A DNA stretch of 63,477 nt, the filler included, from Folioceros fuciformis (taxonomy: Eukaryota), in the NCBI GenBank assembly GCA_049999805.1. It is 11 parts of 11 records of this genome, joined end to end, with 100 filler letters (N's around TTAATTAATTAA, not from the genome) between each part and the next. Parts side by side here need not be neighbours in the genome. Positions count along the whole stretch, not along the records: positions 25,996 to 37,660 come from JBNGIO010001784.1; positions 37,761 to 51,318 come from JBNGIO010001785.1; 9 more parts are not named here. One strand, written 5' to 3'. Position 1 is the stretch's first letter; each line of letters begins with the position of its first letter. Of this stretch, positions 34,660 through 47,835 are shown in pieces. The notes under the pieces were generated by a model that was not told the DNA's origin, searched no databases, and worked only from the letters and a program-made list of their open reading frames with translations. The position numbers were made by a program, and so were the translations under genes.

Positions 34660-37529
34660 TACTTATGGTGCACAGGATGCTACATATATAGCCTTCAGGC
34701 GGGGCAACCCTCGATAAGGTAAGCCTTAGTCTCGAGGGTGCAATATCCTAGTATATCCTGATATATCCTGATAACACTTAGGTAATAGATAACTACGAGT
34801 TCAATATGGGATAATCTACACTATCCTAAGTGTTGTATGCTCTTAATAACAATTCAGTTAGAGCTTGATTTCTAACACTCCCCCTCAAGCTCAGACTATT
34901 TGTAACACTTCAAGTAGTTCACGAAAGTGTAAGAACTTATCTCTACCTAGCGACTTAGTAAAGATATCTGCTACCTGGTCTTCGGTCTTCACGTGTCGAA
35001 GATCTATCTTCTCAGATAATACCGCTTCCCTGATGAAATGATAATGTACTTCTATGTGCTTCAAACGAGCATGAAACACAGGATTAGTAGCCAACCTCAT
35101 GCTACTCATGTTGTCACAGTAGATTGTAACCTTGCTGTTCACTATATTTCCAAGATCATGTAGCAACTTCTGCAACCAAGCTGCTTCACAGGCTACCATT
35201 GCAGCTCCTCGATACTCTGCTTCTGTGCTTAACAAAGCAACTGTCGGTTGTTTCTTGCTTTGCCAGCTGATCATACTACTTTCCAGACTGAATGCATATC
35301 CACTGGTTGATCTTCTGTCATACTCACAACCAGCCCAATCAGCATCTGTATATCCTGTCAGTTCAAGATGCTTCCTATGCTCATAGAGCAATCCAAACTC
35401 AGTAGTTCCTTTCACATATCTCATGATTCTTCTAACTGCATCCAAGTGCGGTTTCCTTGGGTTCCGCATGAATTGACTAATCAGTCCCACTGCATAACTT
35501 AAGTCAGGACGTGTGATAGTCAAGTAGATCAAACTTCCGACCATCTGTCGATACATAGTCACATTTTACAGCTCAGCTCCTACATCCATTTGTAGCTTGA
35601 CATCATTCTGCTCCAATGGTGTATCCATCGCTTTGCAATCTGCCATGCCATACTTCTGCAACATATCCTTAGCATATTGTTTTTGGAATAGCCAGATTCC
35701 TTGAGGTGTAGACACCACCTCAATTTCTAAGAAGTATCTAAGTTCACCAAGATCCTTCACCTTGAACTCTTTTGCAGATTCGCCTTGACATCTGCAATAC
35801 CATCTACATCATCTCCTGTGATGATCAGGTCGTCAACATAAACGACAAGACACACTTGTCCTACCTTGGTCTGTTTTACAAACAGACTGTGATCTGCGTC
35901 TCCAATCACAAACCCTCGCTCCTTCAAATAGCTTGTGATACGAGCATTCCATGCTCTAGGTGCCTGTTTGAGTCCATACAATGCCTTCTTCAGTTTGCAG
36001 ACGTATGTTGGAAACTTAGGATGAACATAGCCTTCAGGCTGTTCCATGTACACTTCCTCCTGCAACTCACCATTCAAGAAGGCATTCTTGACATCCATTT
36101 GCCATAACTTCCATCCTTTAGCTGCTGCTAATGCTAGGTCTGTCCTTACAGTTGTCATCTTGGCTACTGGACTAAAGGTTTCCTCATAATCAAGACCATA
36201 TTGTTGTCCATATCCCTTTGCAACCAACCTGGCCTTGTAACGCTCCAACGTTCCATCTGACTTGAACTTCAGCTTGTACACCCGCTTAGAACCAATAGGA
36301 ACCTTGCCATCAGGCAATTGAACCAAATCCCACGTTCCGTTCTCAACTAATGCTGAGTATTCTTCATCCATGGCTTGACACCACTTATCATTTGTCAACG
36401 CCTCAGCAAGCTTGGTTGTCCCCTAACAAGCTGTGACCCTTGTCATATACGCATAATGTTGGGCATTGTATCTTGTATAGGTGTACCTGTCAATGGGTTT
36501 CCTAACCCTCTCAGAGCTCCTTGGTCTTGGTTCATTTTAAACCTACCTTGCATATTGTTGCTCCTTAGCACCTGGCGTTTCCACAGACAGAATGCCAAAC
36601 TCACTGTCAATGCTCTCACTACTTGAGGATTCATATCCCTCATTTCCAGTTTTGCTGTTTTCTACTCTCCCCCTCACTGACATATCCGGGTCAGTGGTCT
36701 TCGTTTTACCATTCTGCAGTCTTCCAGACCATGGATTCACCGTTGGTGATCCACCATTGGTCACATCCTCACTCTTTGCTGGAGTACTCTTAACAGTACT
36801 CTCCCCTATGGGTTCGTCATAGGGTAGTGCAACTGAGTTGCTATACCAGGAGGCTAACTCATCAAATACCACATCCCTGCTTATCAGGATCTCATGTGTG
36901 GATGACACATAACACTTATATGCCTTCCTATTTCATGCATACCCCAGAAAAACACTCTTCACTGCTTTAGGATCCAGCTTCCTACGCTTCTCATCAGGTA
37001 CATGCACATATGCAATGCACCCAAACACTTTCAAGTGCCTAATATCTGGCTTATAGCCATACAGTTTCTTAATTGGTGTAGCATCATGAATTCCTGCCGT
37101 AGGAGTTCGATTTAGTACGTACACTGCTGTCATCACTACTTCTGCCCAATAATCATTAGGTAAGCACTTCTCATTCAGCATTGCCCTTGCTGTTTCCATG
37201 ACTACCCTGTTCTTCCTCTCTACAACACCATTCTGCTGTGGTGTGTATCTGCAAGTCAGCTGTCTTCGTATACCATGATCTGCAAGATACCTATCAAACT
37301 CATTTGAGACATATTCTCCCCATCCGTCTGATCTTAGACAAGAGATGGAGCAGCTGAATTCATTTTCAGCATGCTTTTTGAAGTCCTTGAAAGACTCGAA
37401 CACTTCATCCTTATGCTTCAGTATGTACAGCCACGTGTACCTGCTGAAATCATCAATGAAGGAGACATAGTAGTGGGCTCCTCCAAACGATGCATTCTGT
37501 GAAGGACCCCATACATCAGAGTGTATCAA
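34660..37529 (-). mobile_element. Ty1/Copia retrotransposon 3' half (integrase, RT, RNase H, PPT, partial 3' LTR)
   Basis: IHSDVWGP...ERKNR (integrase), YKARLVAKG, MDVKNAFL and VYVDD (RT), YTDADWAG...KHIEVHYHF (RNase H). PPT GAGGGGGAG at 34878-34886 is followed by TGTTAGA at 34877. Only a few frameshifts. Confidence 0.96.
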
Positions 37530-37782
37530 TTGGACAAGGAGGGGGAATGAGCGAGTGCCTCCTTGGCCCTCGGGTCATTGAGAACATTAAGGACCAGGTC
37601 TGTAGGTAGGTGAGTGGGGTATGTCCTTGGCCTTTGGTGGTCCGGGACCCCTTAGGTCTCNNNNNNNNNNNNNNNNNNNNNNNNNNNNNNNNNNNNNNNN
37701 NNNNTTAATTAATTAANNNNNNNNNNNNNNNNNNNNNNNNNNNNNNNNNNNNNNNNNNNNGGGTGGGAGTGAGAGTGTCGGG

Positions 37783-39557
37783 ATGGCAACCGTGTCGCTG
37801 GCGCTGGACTGGACTCCCAACACCAACCACATCGGATTCTATGTCGCCAAGAAACTCGGCTTCTACGACAAATGCGGCCTGAACGTGGAGCTTGTGAGCC
37901 CGCACCTGGACAATTACTCGGTCACGCCTGCCTCGAAGGTCGCATCCAAGGCTGCCAGTACGCTTCTGCATCCTTTCCCTTGTCTGGCAAGGCCAATTGT
38001 TCCTGTGAGCATGGCTGGGAGCAAGAGATTTCCAATTTCCGCTCCGCGCACGAGCCGCTTGTGGCGGATTGTTTGCTGCTGCCTCTTCTGTGTGTGCCTC
38101 TGCTGCTGCTGTCCTGGATTCGGGACCTTCTAGCCGCGCATCTTGTCGTATTGTACGTTTACTGCCTCTTCGTGTGGTGCTGGCGATGGTGCGAATGTGA
38201 TTCAGCGTTCGCTCTGGCACCGTCGGAAACGGTTGTCAGCTATCACTTGCCGCCATTCCGTGACGATCGGCCGAAGCTGGTGGCGGTTGCGGCTTGCCTG
38301 CAGGAGGATCTCAGTGCAATTGGTCGGTTCTGTGGTTTCCTTCTTTCCTGCTCGGGTTGTGGAGCACTGGAGGGAGTTGAGCGGAGCGCTTGATGAAGTT
38401 AAATGCTTGTGTCGTCGCAGTTACGCTGAAAAGCAGTGGCCTGAGCCGGCCCAAGGATCTGGACGGGAAGGTATATGCGTCCTATGGTGCCCGGTTCGAG
38501 GGCCGGATTGTGCAGCGGCTTATCCAAGCGGATGGGGGGAAGGGGGATTTTGTAGAGTCCACGCCAGCCAAGCTTGGCATTTGGAACACTCTGCTTGCAG
38601 GGGACGCTGATGCAACTTGGATCTTCAAAGGCTGGGAGGGCATCGTAGCTGAGTTGAAGCATGTTGAGCTCAACGAGTTCACCCTCGCTGATTACGGGTA
38701 AACGCCAGGAATTTGTCTTCACTTGAAGGAGTTCGGAGAAGTTTGTAACTTCTGATGGTATCTCTGCGATGCAACTTCTGACAGTTGGTTCTTGGCTCTC
38801 GGATACAGTATTCCCTATGGATACACTCCTGTGGTTTTAGTGCATCCTGACACCTTGCGGTATATGCTGAACCTTCTCGCATCTTGTGGGCACCTTGTGT
38901 GCTTCAGGTCTTTCGTTTGACTCATGTTTTGGTTCAGCGATTCTCCAGATTTGGTCAAGCAGTTCCTCAAAAACTCTGCAGCAGGTTTTGAGTACGCCGC
39001 TTTGCATCCTGACCAGGCAGCCGCCCTCTTGCTTGTGAGCAACCCCTCACCAACTCTTCAGGACAAAGATGCTGGAAGTTGTAAGGGAATTGTGGGTTCA
39101 GTGCGCGCTTGGTTTGACTTGGTTCTCTCTTCAGGAATGTGCAAATGCTGAGAATCCTCGTCTACTCGAGCCTCTAGATCCAGCAGTGGTTTTGGAGGCG
39201 TCGCGACTGCTGTCAAAGCATTTTGTAGATTTAGCGGAAGGAGGTATTCTAATGGGGGCAACCCATCTTAGGTTTTATATCCTGGTTTGGTTGCGATTCT
39301 GCCTTATGATGGATCTTCCTCGTGTGGAAAATGCAGGTATGAAGTGGGGTATAATGGCTGTGTCTAAGTGGGAGAAGTATCTCGATTGGCTTGCAACAGA
39401 AGGTCTGCTCACTGACCGCATCCAGTCCAGAAATCCTGTGCCTGGAGAGAGTGTTTCTCTCGCGGAGCTTAGAGAAGGGAACGCAGGGACACAGATTCCA
39501 AGGGCTTTATTGGTTGTTACAAACTTATTCACAAATGATTTCTTACCTTCACATTGA
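37783..39557 (+). CDS. NMT1/THI5-like (SsuA/ThiY-type binding-protein fold) protein, 7 exons
   Basis: [67 protein letters not shown] and LFTNDFL. GT-AG junctions keep the frame (37957/38206, 38322/38421, last exon from 39337). Confidence 0.88.
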
Positions 39558-39697
39558 GCAAGATAGGTGGTAACACTTATTACAGAATTGCAAGGTAATA
39601 CTTGTCACAAAATTGTACTAGCAACAAATATAGTGTACAATTTTCAACAAATGTGTTGAATCATACACATCGTCTTGTTGATGGTTATTGAAACACT

Positions 39698-41871
39698 TCA
39701 GTTGCGCTTTTCCTTTCCAAAAAATTGTTTTCTCAGTTTCACTGCGCAGCAATAGTAAGCCGCCAGTAACTGCAACACAAGCACAACTGCGCACGTCCGG
39801 CATGGTGAGGAAGACAGCATTGTTTTGAACACGAACTCGAGTTGTTCTGGCCTTCTGAACATTAGGAAATACCAGAGAGAAGCCCGAAGCAGAGAATAGC
39901 CATAAAATACTTCTTATCCCACGGTAAATCTGTCTCAAGTGTGCAATGTCGATGAACTCCCTTCGACCGTAATGGTCTTCTCCCGAACTGTTGGGCTTGT
40001 AGTTGCGAGAGAGGAATCCTCTTCGTGAGCACAGGTTTGCCATTGACATCCCTAACTTCTGCTTTGATAATCGCTGGATTTGAATCCCACTCAAAATCTA
40101 AAGTCCCAAAGTTCTGCTTCCCTACAATACCATAAATCGTTGAATCACGTCAAGCAGTGAACTACTGGAACAAGCTATCCAAGCACATGATTCTGGCAAG
40201 CGTAGAGAAGCCCATACCGTAAACACACGATCGGTACTTGCACTCGCTGTTGTACACTCGCATCGTATTTGGCATAACCCAGGCCGAAAACCGTAACAGA
40301 AATGCCACAAACGATGGAACATTGTTCTCTACCGCTTGCGTTAATCCACTTGAAGTGATGTCATATAGAGGATAGCTAGTGGCACAGTCAAACCGATTGA
40401 TTTCGCCAAAATGCACGTCGCCGCTGATGAAGATGATTCCACTGACCTGCATGAACGAACAAGTCAGCATCATACATCCACGCTCCCTCCCGATTTCACT
40501 GGACTTTTTTCCTTGCACGTTCGATGACACTGCAGTGCATTCATCAAAATAAACTTACGTTGGTATCAGCGATCAGCTTCAAAAGTCGTGTGCGCTCATC
40601 TGGGAAGTTGCCCCAAGATTCTACATGGAAAAAAGGCTGAATTGTGGCTGAGAAGTTCGATAACACCTGCGGCATGAACTAAAACATTCAGAAAACTGAA
40701 ACGGACCTGATATCAGCTACGATAATCAGAAAACTACCTGGATCGACGATGCTATCAAGTTAACTTGTGCATTACTGCTCCTTAATTCTGCCTCAAACCA
40801 AGTCCATTGAACTTCACCGAGTATGTCCCCATTGCTCCGTAAGGGATCCCTGTGATACCTGGTGTCCAGAAGAATAACCTAAGTTGAAAGACTGCTTTAG
40901 AATAACTTTGTGACCATGTCAGAAATCAGACAAGTACTCCAGCACTACAAACATGATCCGCGACCTTTCCAAGTGGGTGAAGCACGTGTACTACCTTAAT
41001 TTGCTTCCCAACGGGCCCAAATGTGTACGAGGTATACACACCCTCCTGCCGTCGTCTGCATAGTGACATGGTAGTCAGGAACAGAACTGCTAACCCATAA
41101 GCTGCAGTAGAAAAAATGCGGGCATGTCATGCAGAGTTACCTTGGACTATTCCTCGGTTCGTCCAGAAAGTCAAGCATGTTCTTCTGACTGGTCTCTTTC
41201 ATATGAAACTCCTTTCCAGCATCATTCAGGCCATAGTCATGATCATCCCATGTACCGATAATCTGTCAAAACAACAACTTCATTATTTCCACAGGCAAAG
41301 GTTTCCTCAACAGGGATGGCAGGCTAGAAGCGAACACCGACAAGAAGAGTCAAGCACACCACATTCACCTTAGCTTTCTCCCTCAATTCCTTATAACCAG
41401 GGATGTTCTTGGCCTTATTGTACTTCCACTCCATCATCTCACTTGAAACGGGCAAGAACCGAGACTTCTTTTTCCATGGACCAATGTTACTGTCCTTCCC
41501 CATAAATTGAGTGGGGAGTTTTGTGTCTCCGTAGATGTTATCCCCTAGCCATATGAATAATTGTGGATCATACTCCACAATCGCTGTCCAAATTGGCTGC
41601 AAAGCATAGCAACAGCAACTGCTTCCGTAATTCCAGCAACTCGTGAGCGTCATCAGTCTCCACGATCAAACGAGAGAACGAGCAGGTCTAGGAAAAACAT
41701 TGCTCCAGGCGGAAGCCGAACCTGAGCAACGCTTTGATTCGCACAGGAACCAAAAGCAATTCTGGTGAACGGTTTTGGAACTTGCAGACTGAAGTCGAAA
41801 CACAAGCCTCCCTCCCAAGACGAAAGAATCAACACTGAAAGCGGAAGAAGAATACATGCCCTTATCTTCAT
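39698..41871 (-). CDS. PhoD-like alkaline phosphatase D family protein, multi-exon, with signal peptide and C-terminal hydrophobic segment
   Basis: [62 protein letters not shown] and [10 protein letters not shown]. Predicted stop TGA at 39700-39698. Confidence 0.92.
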
Positions 41872-42400
41872 GTCAAACTTCAAATCTCTCTCGAACGTCC
41901 CAGGTCAGACTTGATTTTGGGGCTCCACCCACCACACAGACGAATGTGCAGATATCCCAGACCTAGCTAATTCCCCGTCCTAGCTTCTCTTCCACAATGC
42001 AGCCATACGCGCCACACACTCTCGTAGTAGCCCTGCAAAGCCCGAATCCAAGTTCCGGAGAGGAAATACAGAAAGAATTGTGAAGATGGAATCGTCCTCC
42101 CGGCATTTGATGAGATGCGGATGCCTTGCCTCTTCTGCAAGCACCAAGTGGCAAGAACACGTTGTCAAATTATCTTACACCACAGAACAATTAACATCGT
42201 CCGCCCCAAATAACGGAACGGCCACTGGTCCTCAGCACATTGGATTGGATAATGCATCCCAAGCCCTAATGCCAAAACTACGAATCTTCTGGAACGACTG
42301 GTCCGATGATGTGCCTCAGGCAATTCGCGGCAACGGATTATAGCTGCCTTTTCAATATTGGCATTCTTGCTTATCGTTTTGCCGGTTTGTGGCCAGAGAA

Positions 42401-42889
42401 ATGGTGATGGCTGTGGCTATGGTTCCAACTGCAGGCTCGGCGTTTGTGACTGAAGCAACGTCTTGCGTCACAGCTCTGCAGGCCAAGGGAGCGTCGTCTG
42501 TGGCATTGTTCCGGTCCTGCTCAGGGTTTGGTGGAGATTCTTTGAGGCAGAGAAAATGTGTCATCGCAAGGCGACAGCCGAGGATGCCTGTAAAAGCGCT
42601 TGTCAAACAGGTTGATGTTTCCAAGGTTGTTCCGCAAGGGGAGAGAGTGCTGGTCCGGCTAGAAGAGGTTCCTGAGAAGAGCGCGGGAGGCGTATTGCTG
42701 CCGAAATCGGCTGCCAAGTTCGAGCGGTATTTGGTCGGCCAAGTTTTGGCGGTAGGGAGTGAGGTTTCGGCGATAGAGAAGGGCCAGAAGGTTGTGTTTT
42801 CGGATTTGAATGCTTACGAGGTGAATCTCGGAAGCTCCGGCAAGTTGTGCTTTTGCAAAGCAACAGACTTGCTGGCTGTGGTAGAGTGA
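42401..42889 (+). CDS. CPN10: Plastid 10-kDa co-chaperonin (GroES family) with transit peptide; coding region intronless
   Basis: Ser/Ala/Arg-rich N-terminus, then VVPQGERVLVRLEEVPEKSAGGVLLPKSAAKFERYLVGQVLAVG. Confidence 0.93.
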   Translation: MVMAVAMVPTAGSAFVTEATSCVTALQAKGASSVALFRSCSGFGGDSLRQRKCVIARRQPRMPVKALVKQVDVSKVVPQGERVLVRLEEVPEKSAGGVLLPKSAAKFERYLVGQVLAVGSEVSAIEKGQKVVFSDLNAYEVNLGSSGKLCFCKATDLLAVVE

Positions 42890-43208
42890 CGTGCGAGGCT
42901 CCTTGGTCGTGTTCTCTTCATGATAGACAATTTTGGACTTGTGGATGCACTATTTTGTTGCTGTGGACTTGCAATTTTGTTCTTCTGAATGTACAATTTT
43001 ATCTTCTGAACATGCAACTTCGATCTCCTGGATTCGAAAGAACTTGGATTTCGACACCTCATGCTGCTTTCTCATGGTTTTATCTTGATGTCTTAGATGA
43101 ACCTCCTACTCTTTTGACCCACGGCACGCTTCGGATTTGGAGTGTTTGTAAACAACTAATCGCACTATTAATAGTTCGGGAATGTCCCGAGACGAGTAGG
43201 ACTGCAAA

Positions 43209-45115
43209 TTACGATGTCTGCTTCACTTCGGTGGACAAGGTGGTGGACACCACCAAGCCATCCGCATCGAACGTACGAACTAGGCGCTTCCTGTGACCAG
43301 GCCTATCACTCCACGCAAACTCGAGGTAGAAGGACTGTGACTTTCCCACGCTTTTCCCCACACTTACAGGGCAGGTCAATGATACGCCTCCAGGTAGAAG
43401 AACAGTTTGAAGCCCGCCCTCGAACAGAAGGAGAGACTTGTTAACACTACCCACCAAGTTTACCGTCGCGGTTACCCCGGGACCGAAATTTGAGAGAAAG
43501 CCCTGCAAACGGATGACAGAAGGTCAGGCCCCTCACCATATAACTAGACCTGGTTGAGGACAAGTCGGGGAAGAGACTTACGGCAGATATAGAACCTTCG
43601 TCAGCAAGCTTGTATTCCACACTGACTTCTCCTTCTCGGAAAGTTGACCCATAGAGACCAGTTCGCTGCGTGATAGCACGGCCTGACCACTTACCCACCA
43701 AATCCTGCAGTCTTTCTGCAGGGGAATCCTGTACAGAACCCGACGTCATGAGCCAAGAAGAAGGTTCAGGGTAAGACAAGGTCACAAAATCATTAGAGAT
43801 TTATAAGGGTAAGAAGAGGAGGGAGAAAAAACAACTTCCCATCCACAGGAGGCGAAAAGGTCAGGGTAGTGGTAGTGTGAGCTGGCATACCTGGAACAGA
43901 ATACTACAACCTTCGCTCGCCTCTCCCGCTTCTTTGTGCTCACGGAAAACACCAACCAGGTCAACGAACCCCCGAGGATCTATAACATGAAATGCTCGAA
44001 GTCGATCTTCCCCATCGTCCGAATACAAGCAGCTTTCGCTAACTAGAGCCGGCCTGCGAGATGGAAGCTTAATCCCCCTGCAATAAAAACCACGCAAGGA
44101 ATTCAGAACTGCATGAAGAGGACAGATTGTGTAAAAAGAGAAGGCAGTGTGCATACTCTGGAGACTCGTCGTCTTCGTCATCGTCCTCCCCCAGGACTCC
44201 AGCACGCAGCACTTTAGTGAGCAGCTCTGCTGTCTGGTGTGAGGCCGTAAATGCTTTGGCACCGGGGAAGAACCCCATCTACAAGTGATAGAGCCCGTGA
44301 TGAGACACCGACGCACGCAGAAAGGGTGTGAGCACCGCCACATCAGACAGTTAGGCTGTTTATCTCACTAAGAGCTCGTAACAAAATCTGCACCTGCCGC
44401 CTGCTGAACGTCTCGTACGTGATGTCATCCAGCTTGACTTCAAACCACGGCGGCACATAATCATCTTCCCCCGTGAAGATCATAGACCTCGGTTGCTCCA
44501 CATTCATCCTGGAAACACACACACACACATTCCCACGGCTGAGAACCAAAACTCACTCAGTCGAATGCCTCTAACAAAGCAGCATTGTGAAACGAGGAAA
44601 CTCACGTTTGATACAGACTGCACAACTCCCCCCTCCCATACGAGTTGGAAGACAGCCGAGTCTGGATGCATTGAAGAGTACTTCCTAGCATGTCATATTG
44701 CTGTGCTGCAGCGATGGTACCATCGCATCAGACCACTGTGCCTGCACACTACTGTGCAGCAACCACAGAAGAAGCAACAAGGACATACTGTAAAGCTCCC
44801 GCGCCAAGACCCGATGTTGAGCTGAACAAACTCTTCAAAAGCTGCCGGATTAGGCGTCACCTCCCCTTCGTCATCCCCGCTGCTGCTGGAAGCCGCCTCC
44901 GAGGAGGCCGCCTGCGTGCAGCAAGGCACCTTGGGGCCCCTCCTTCCCGCCTGCTCCCTCACCTCCAACCCGAATCCAGAATGTGTCGCACTCTGGCATC
45001 CGGGCCGGACGTGGCTCAAAACCGTCAATGAAGGAGCCGCACAGGCACTCGCCACAGACACTGAGCTATATGCTCCCAACAGCTTGCAGGAGGACGCAAG
45101 CACCAAGGCGGCCAT
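43209..45115 (-). CDS. DUF3598-family, probably plastid-targeted protein, multi-exon
   Basis: FEEFVQLNIGSWRGSF, GFFPGAKAF, LRAGVLGEDD, KLPSRRPALVSESCLYS, LRAFHVIDPRG, GKWSGRAITQRTGLYGST, LLPGG and RKRLVRTFD. Likely start MAALVLASS at 45115. Confidence 0.85.
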
Positions 45116-45423
45116 TGCCGGAGCTCCAACCAGCCACCGCCTCGCCTCCAACGCCAGACAGCGTTGTATCAAAGTCTGGAGCTCGAGACGCGTCTCGTTG
45201 AGCCAACGAAGCCCTAAACTTCATCACGGAGCAACGAGCATCGGATGCAAATGCTTCAGGCCGATCTCGAATGCCGGGTGTCCATTGCCTTCACGACCCA
45301 CGGGCTTTGCTGAAATTCCTGCGCTCCCAGAATCGTTTTCACTCTTCACGCGCCGTGCTCGACAGCCTGATGGCTTGAGAATGCGCGTTCTTGGGAGTGC
45401 CCAGCGATCCAATCTCACAGGCG

Positions 45424-46581
45424 ATGTCCCGTGGTGTATCTGTGATGTCCGGGGGTGCTGGCAGAGCTGTGATCTCCGAGTACGTGGAGTCAGCTTCCTC
45501 GTCGAGGGTTTTGGAGAATCAGTCGAATTCCCGATTCTTGAAGCCACAGCCAAGCTACTACATTGATGAGGAGGAGTATGATTTGTGCCAGGAAGGAGCA
45601 GGAACGTGGTTGCGGGAGGCTCCTTCCCTGGAGGAAGTTGAGGAAGTGACTCTGGACCTCAAGACACACTATGTGCAGAAGTGAGTTGCATTCTTTGAAC
45701 ATTTTGCTGGATCCGTTTGCACCTGGGAGACTCTGTCTCGCGAGTGGAAGCTTGCTGTTAGTAAAGTCGTATTGTTTTTGCAGTCAGTGCGATTACGGTT
45801 TCAGAGATCAAACAGACAGTCAAGTTTTTCCTGGTGGACAGGTACTAGACTCGGATGAGGATGTGGCATCCATGGAACCTGCTGAGGATCTGCAGTTAAG
45901 TAGGAACTGGACTGGTTCATCACCAGATCGTGCTTTTGGTTATCCGCAGACCGGAAGAGGGGCTTCTGTAGTGGACCAGTGTGTGGACCTTCTTCAAAGA
46001 GATCCAGACGTGCAGGTGCGTTCCGTGTTTAGATTTCAAGCTTGTGGCTGGATATCTCCGTCTTCCCTGTCACTTATGCATGGCTATTCCCTCAGGCTGC
46101 CGTGGTGTCACTGGCCAGAGATCCCGCTGTCTGGGACGCTTTTGTGAAAAATGACAAGGTGCAGGAGCTTATGCGCAACAAGCAAATGAGGCTACCTCAG
46201 CTTGAAGGTGCTCACCTAGCTGATCGTGACAACACAGAACAGCAGTCTTATATTTGCAACTGACCTCACACTTTCTGCCATTATGGTTTTGCAGCACCTC
46301 CCTTAATGGAACCAGCAAGTCCCGACTGCACATCGCGAATCAACCCCGTGCTGATGGCACTACTGTGTGTGAAGAATGCTGTGTGGGACGTGATGGACAC
46401 CTTAATCGACATGGTGAACAGTGTCTTCGGTGTGGTGGACAGAAAGGTGTTTGGCGACAGAAATAGTGACCCTGTGGACAAGCCGCTCAAAGCCTGCATG
46501 GTGCTCACCATACTTGTACTTGCTCTGGTGGTCCTGAAGCGGAATCCAGCTCCTACTACAGTGACAGGGCAACTTCTTTAG
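45424..46581 (+). CDS. Conserved plant protein of unknown function (UCP012943-like) with C-terminal transmembrane helix, ~4 exons
   Basis: PSLEEVEEVTLDLK, VDLLQRDPDVQ|AAVVSLARDPAVWDAFVKNDKVQEL and terminal MVLTILVLALVVLKR. Confidence 0.75.
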
Positions 46582-47246
46582 AGTCCATTTCTTTGCAACT
46601 CTCGTCCAGAATGAAGCCTCCCATTGTTGAAGTCCTTTGTTGGACTCTGCAACTGCGTGTTTTCCTAAGTTAAAAATAGTGAAGAAAAAGACTTTATTAT
46701 ACAAGAACTAGGAAACCCTTTCGTTCAAGCATTGAAGGCAGTTGAACTGGAGAAACTAGTCCCACGTGTGGGAATTCGCGTATGTTGTCTGGACGGTTCA
46801 TGTTTGGAGCCAAAATTTCAAACTGAGCCGTCGTATAAGTCGGAGGGCGGGTCCCAACCTAGGGTTCAGTTGTTAACCTGGGTTCCTCCTGTATTTCATG
46901 GAGTGGTCTCCCTGCACTGCTCTTTGCAGTAGGTCATTCGCGCGCGGAGGAGGAGCGTCGCCTTCGCTCGACAAAGCGGCCCAGACCTTGCGCGAGGTGC
47001 TATATATGCTGCTCTCTGCCCTACTAATTCGCATTCTCAGTTTGCGTGCGCTTGATTACTGCGTCCTGCGTCGCTGCGAAGCGCTTGTCTGGCGCTTTTG
47101 TCGTGAGGAGGAAGGCCGTAAGGGTTTGCGAGCGTATGTTACTTGTGTCCCTTCCGGTTCTGGCTGGTTGGGACTTCTCGCCGCTGCGCTTTCTGAAATG
47201 TTGTTGTGCTTGTTTAAAGGTGTTTGCAAGCTAGGCCGGAGCAGCC

Positions 47247-47835
47247 ATGAGTTCTACCGGTGGTGGCGGCGGTGGACGGGGCAAGACCAAGGGCTCCAAG
47301 CCCGTCTCCCGCTCCTCTAAGGCTGGCCTGCAGTTTCCTGTCGGCAGGATTGCCCGGTTTCTGAAGGCCGGCAAGTACGCCGAGCGTGTCGGTGCGGGAG
47401 CGCCTGTCTATCTGGCGGCCGTTTTGGAGTACCTTGCTGCTGAGGTGAGGATCTTGATTATTGTGACCTATCGAACGGCGTTGCTGTCTGCGGGGTGTTT
47501 GTAGGATGAAAATAAGCTTGACTTTGGTACGGAAGCACGGTATCTGTACACTGAGTGGAGGCTGGTTACAAAATGTCATTTTCAATTTGGGCATGTGTCC
47601 CTCTATGTCGTAGGTGCTGGAGCTGGCTGGAAATGCCGCTCGAGATAACAAGAAGACTAGAATTGTTCCCCGCCATATTCAGCTGGCGGTGAGGAACGAC
47701 GAGGAGCTGGGTAAGCTGCTGGGGACCGTGACTATTGCAAGTGGTGGCGTGCTTCCTAATATCCATGCCGTGCTGCTGCCCAAGAAGACGAAGACTGGCA
47801 AGGGTGACATCGGGAGCGCATCTCAGGAGTTTTAG
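47247..47835 (+). CDS. H2AX: Histone H2A.X (exons 47247-47444 and 47614-47835)
   Basis: [14 protein letters not shown]...[19 protein letters not shown], with the C-terminal SQEF phosphorylation motif and a canonical GT-AG intron. Confidence 0.97.

Noticed and set aside
37958-39700. TPP riboswitch in the NMT1/THI5-like gene
   Set aside because: No CUGAGA...CCUGA...AAUGC...GCG.AGGGA core was seen in the introns or 3' region; the GCTGAGA near 39147 is exonic. The 5' UTR is off-contig, so an Rfam RF00059 scan of the full locus is still needed.
37783-41871. THI5-like plus PhoD as a bacterial contaminant or operon
   Set aside because: Both genes have multiple spliceosomal introns, are convergent, and share a contig with H2A.X and plastid Cpn10.
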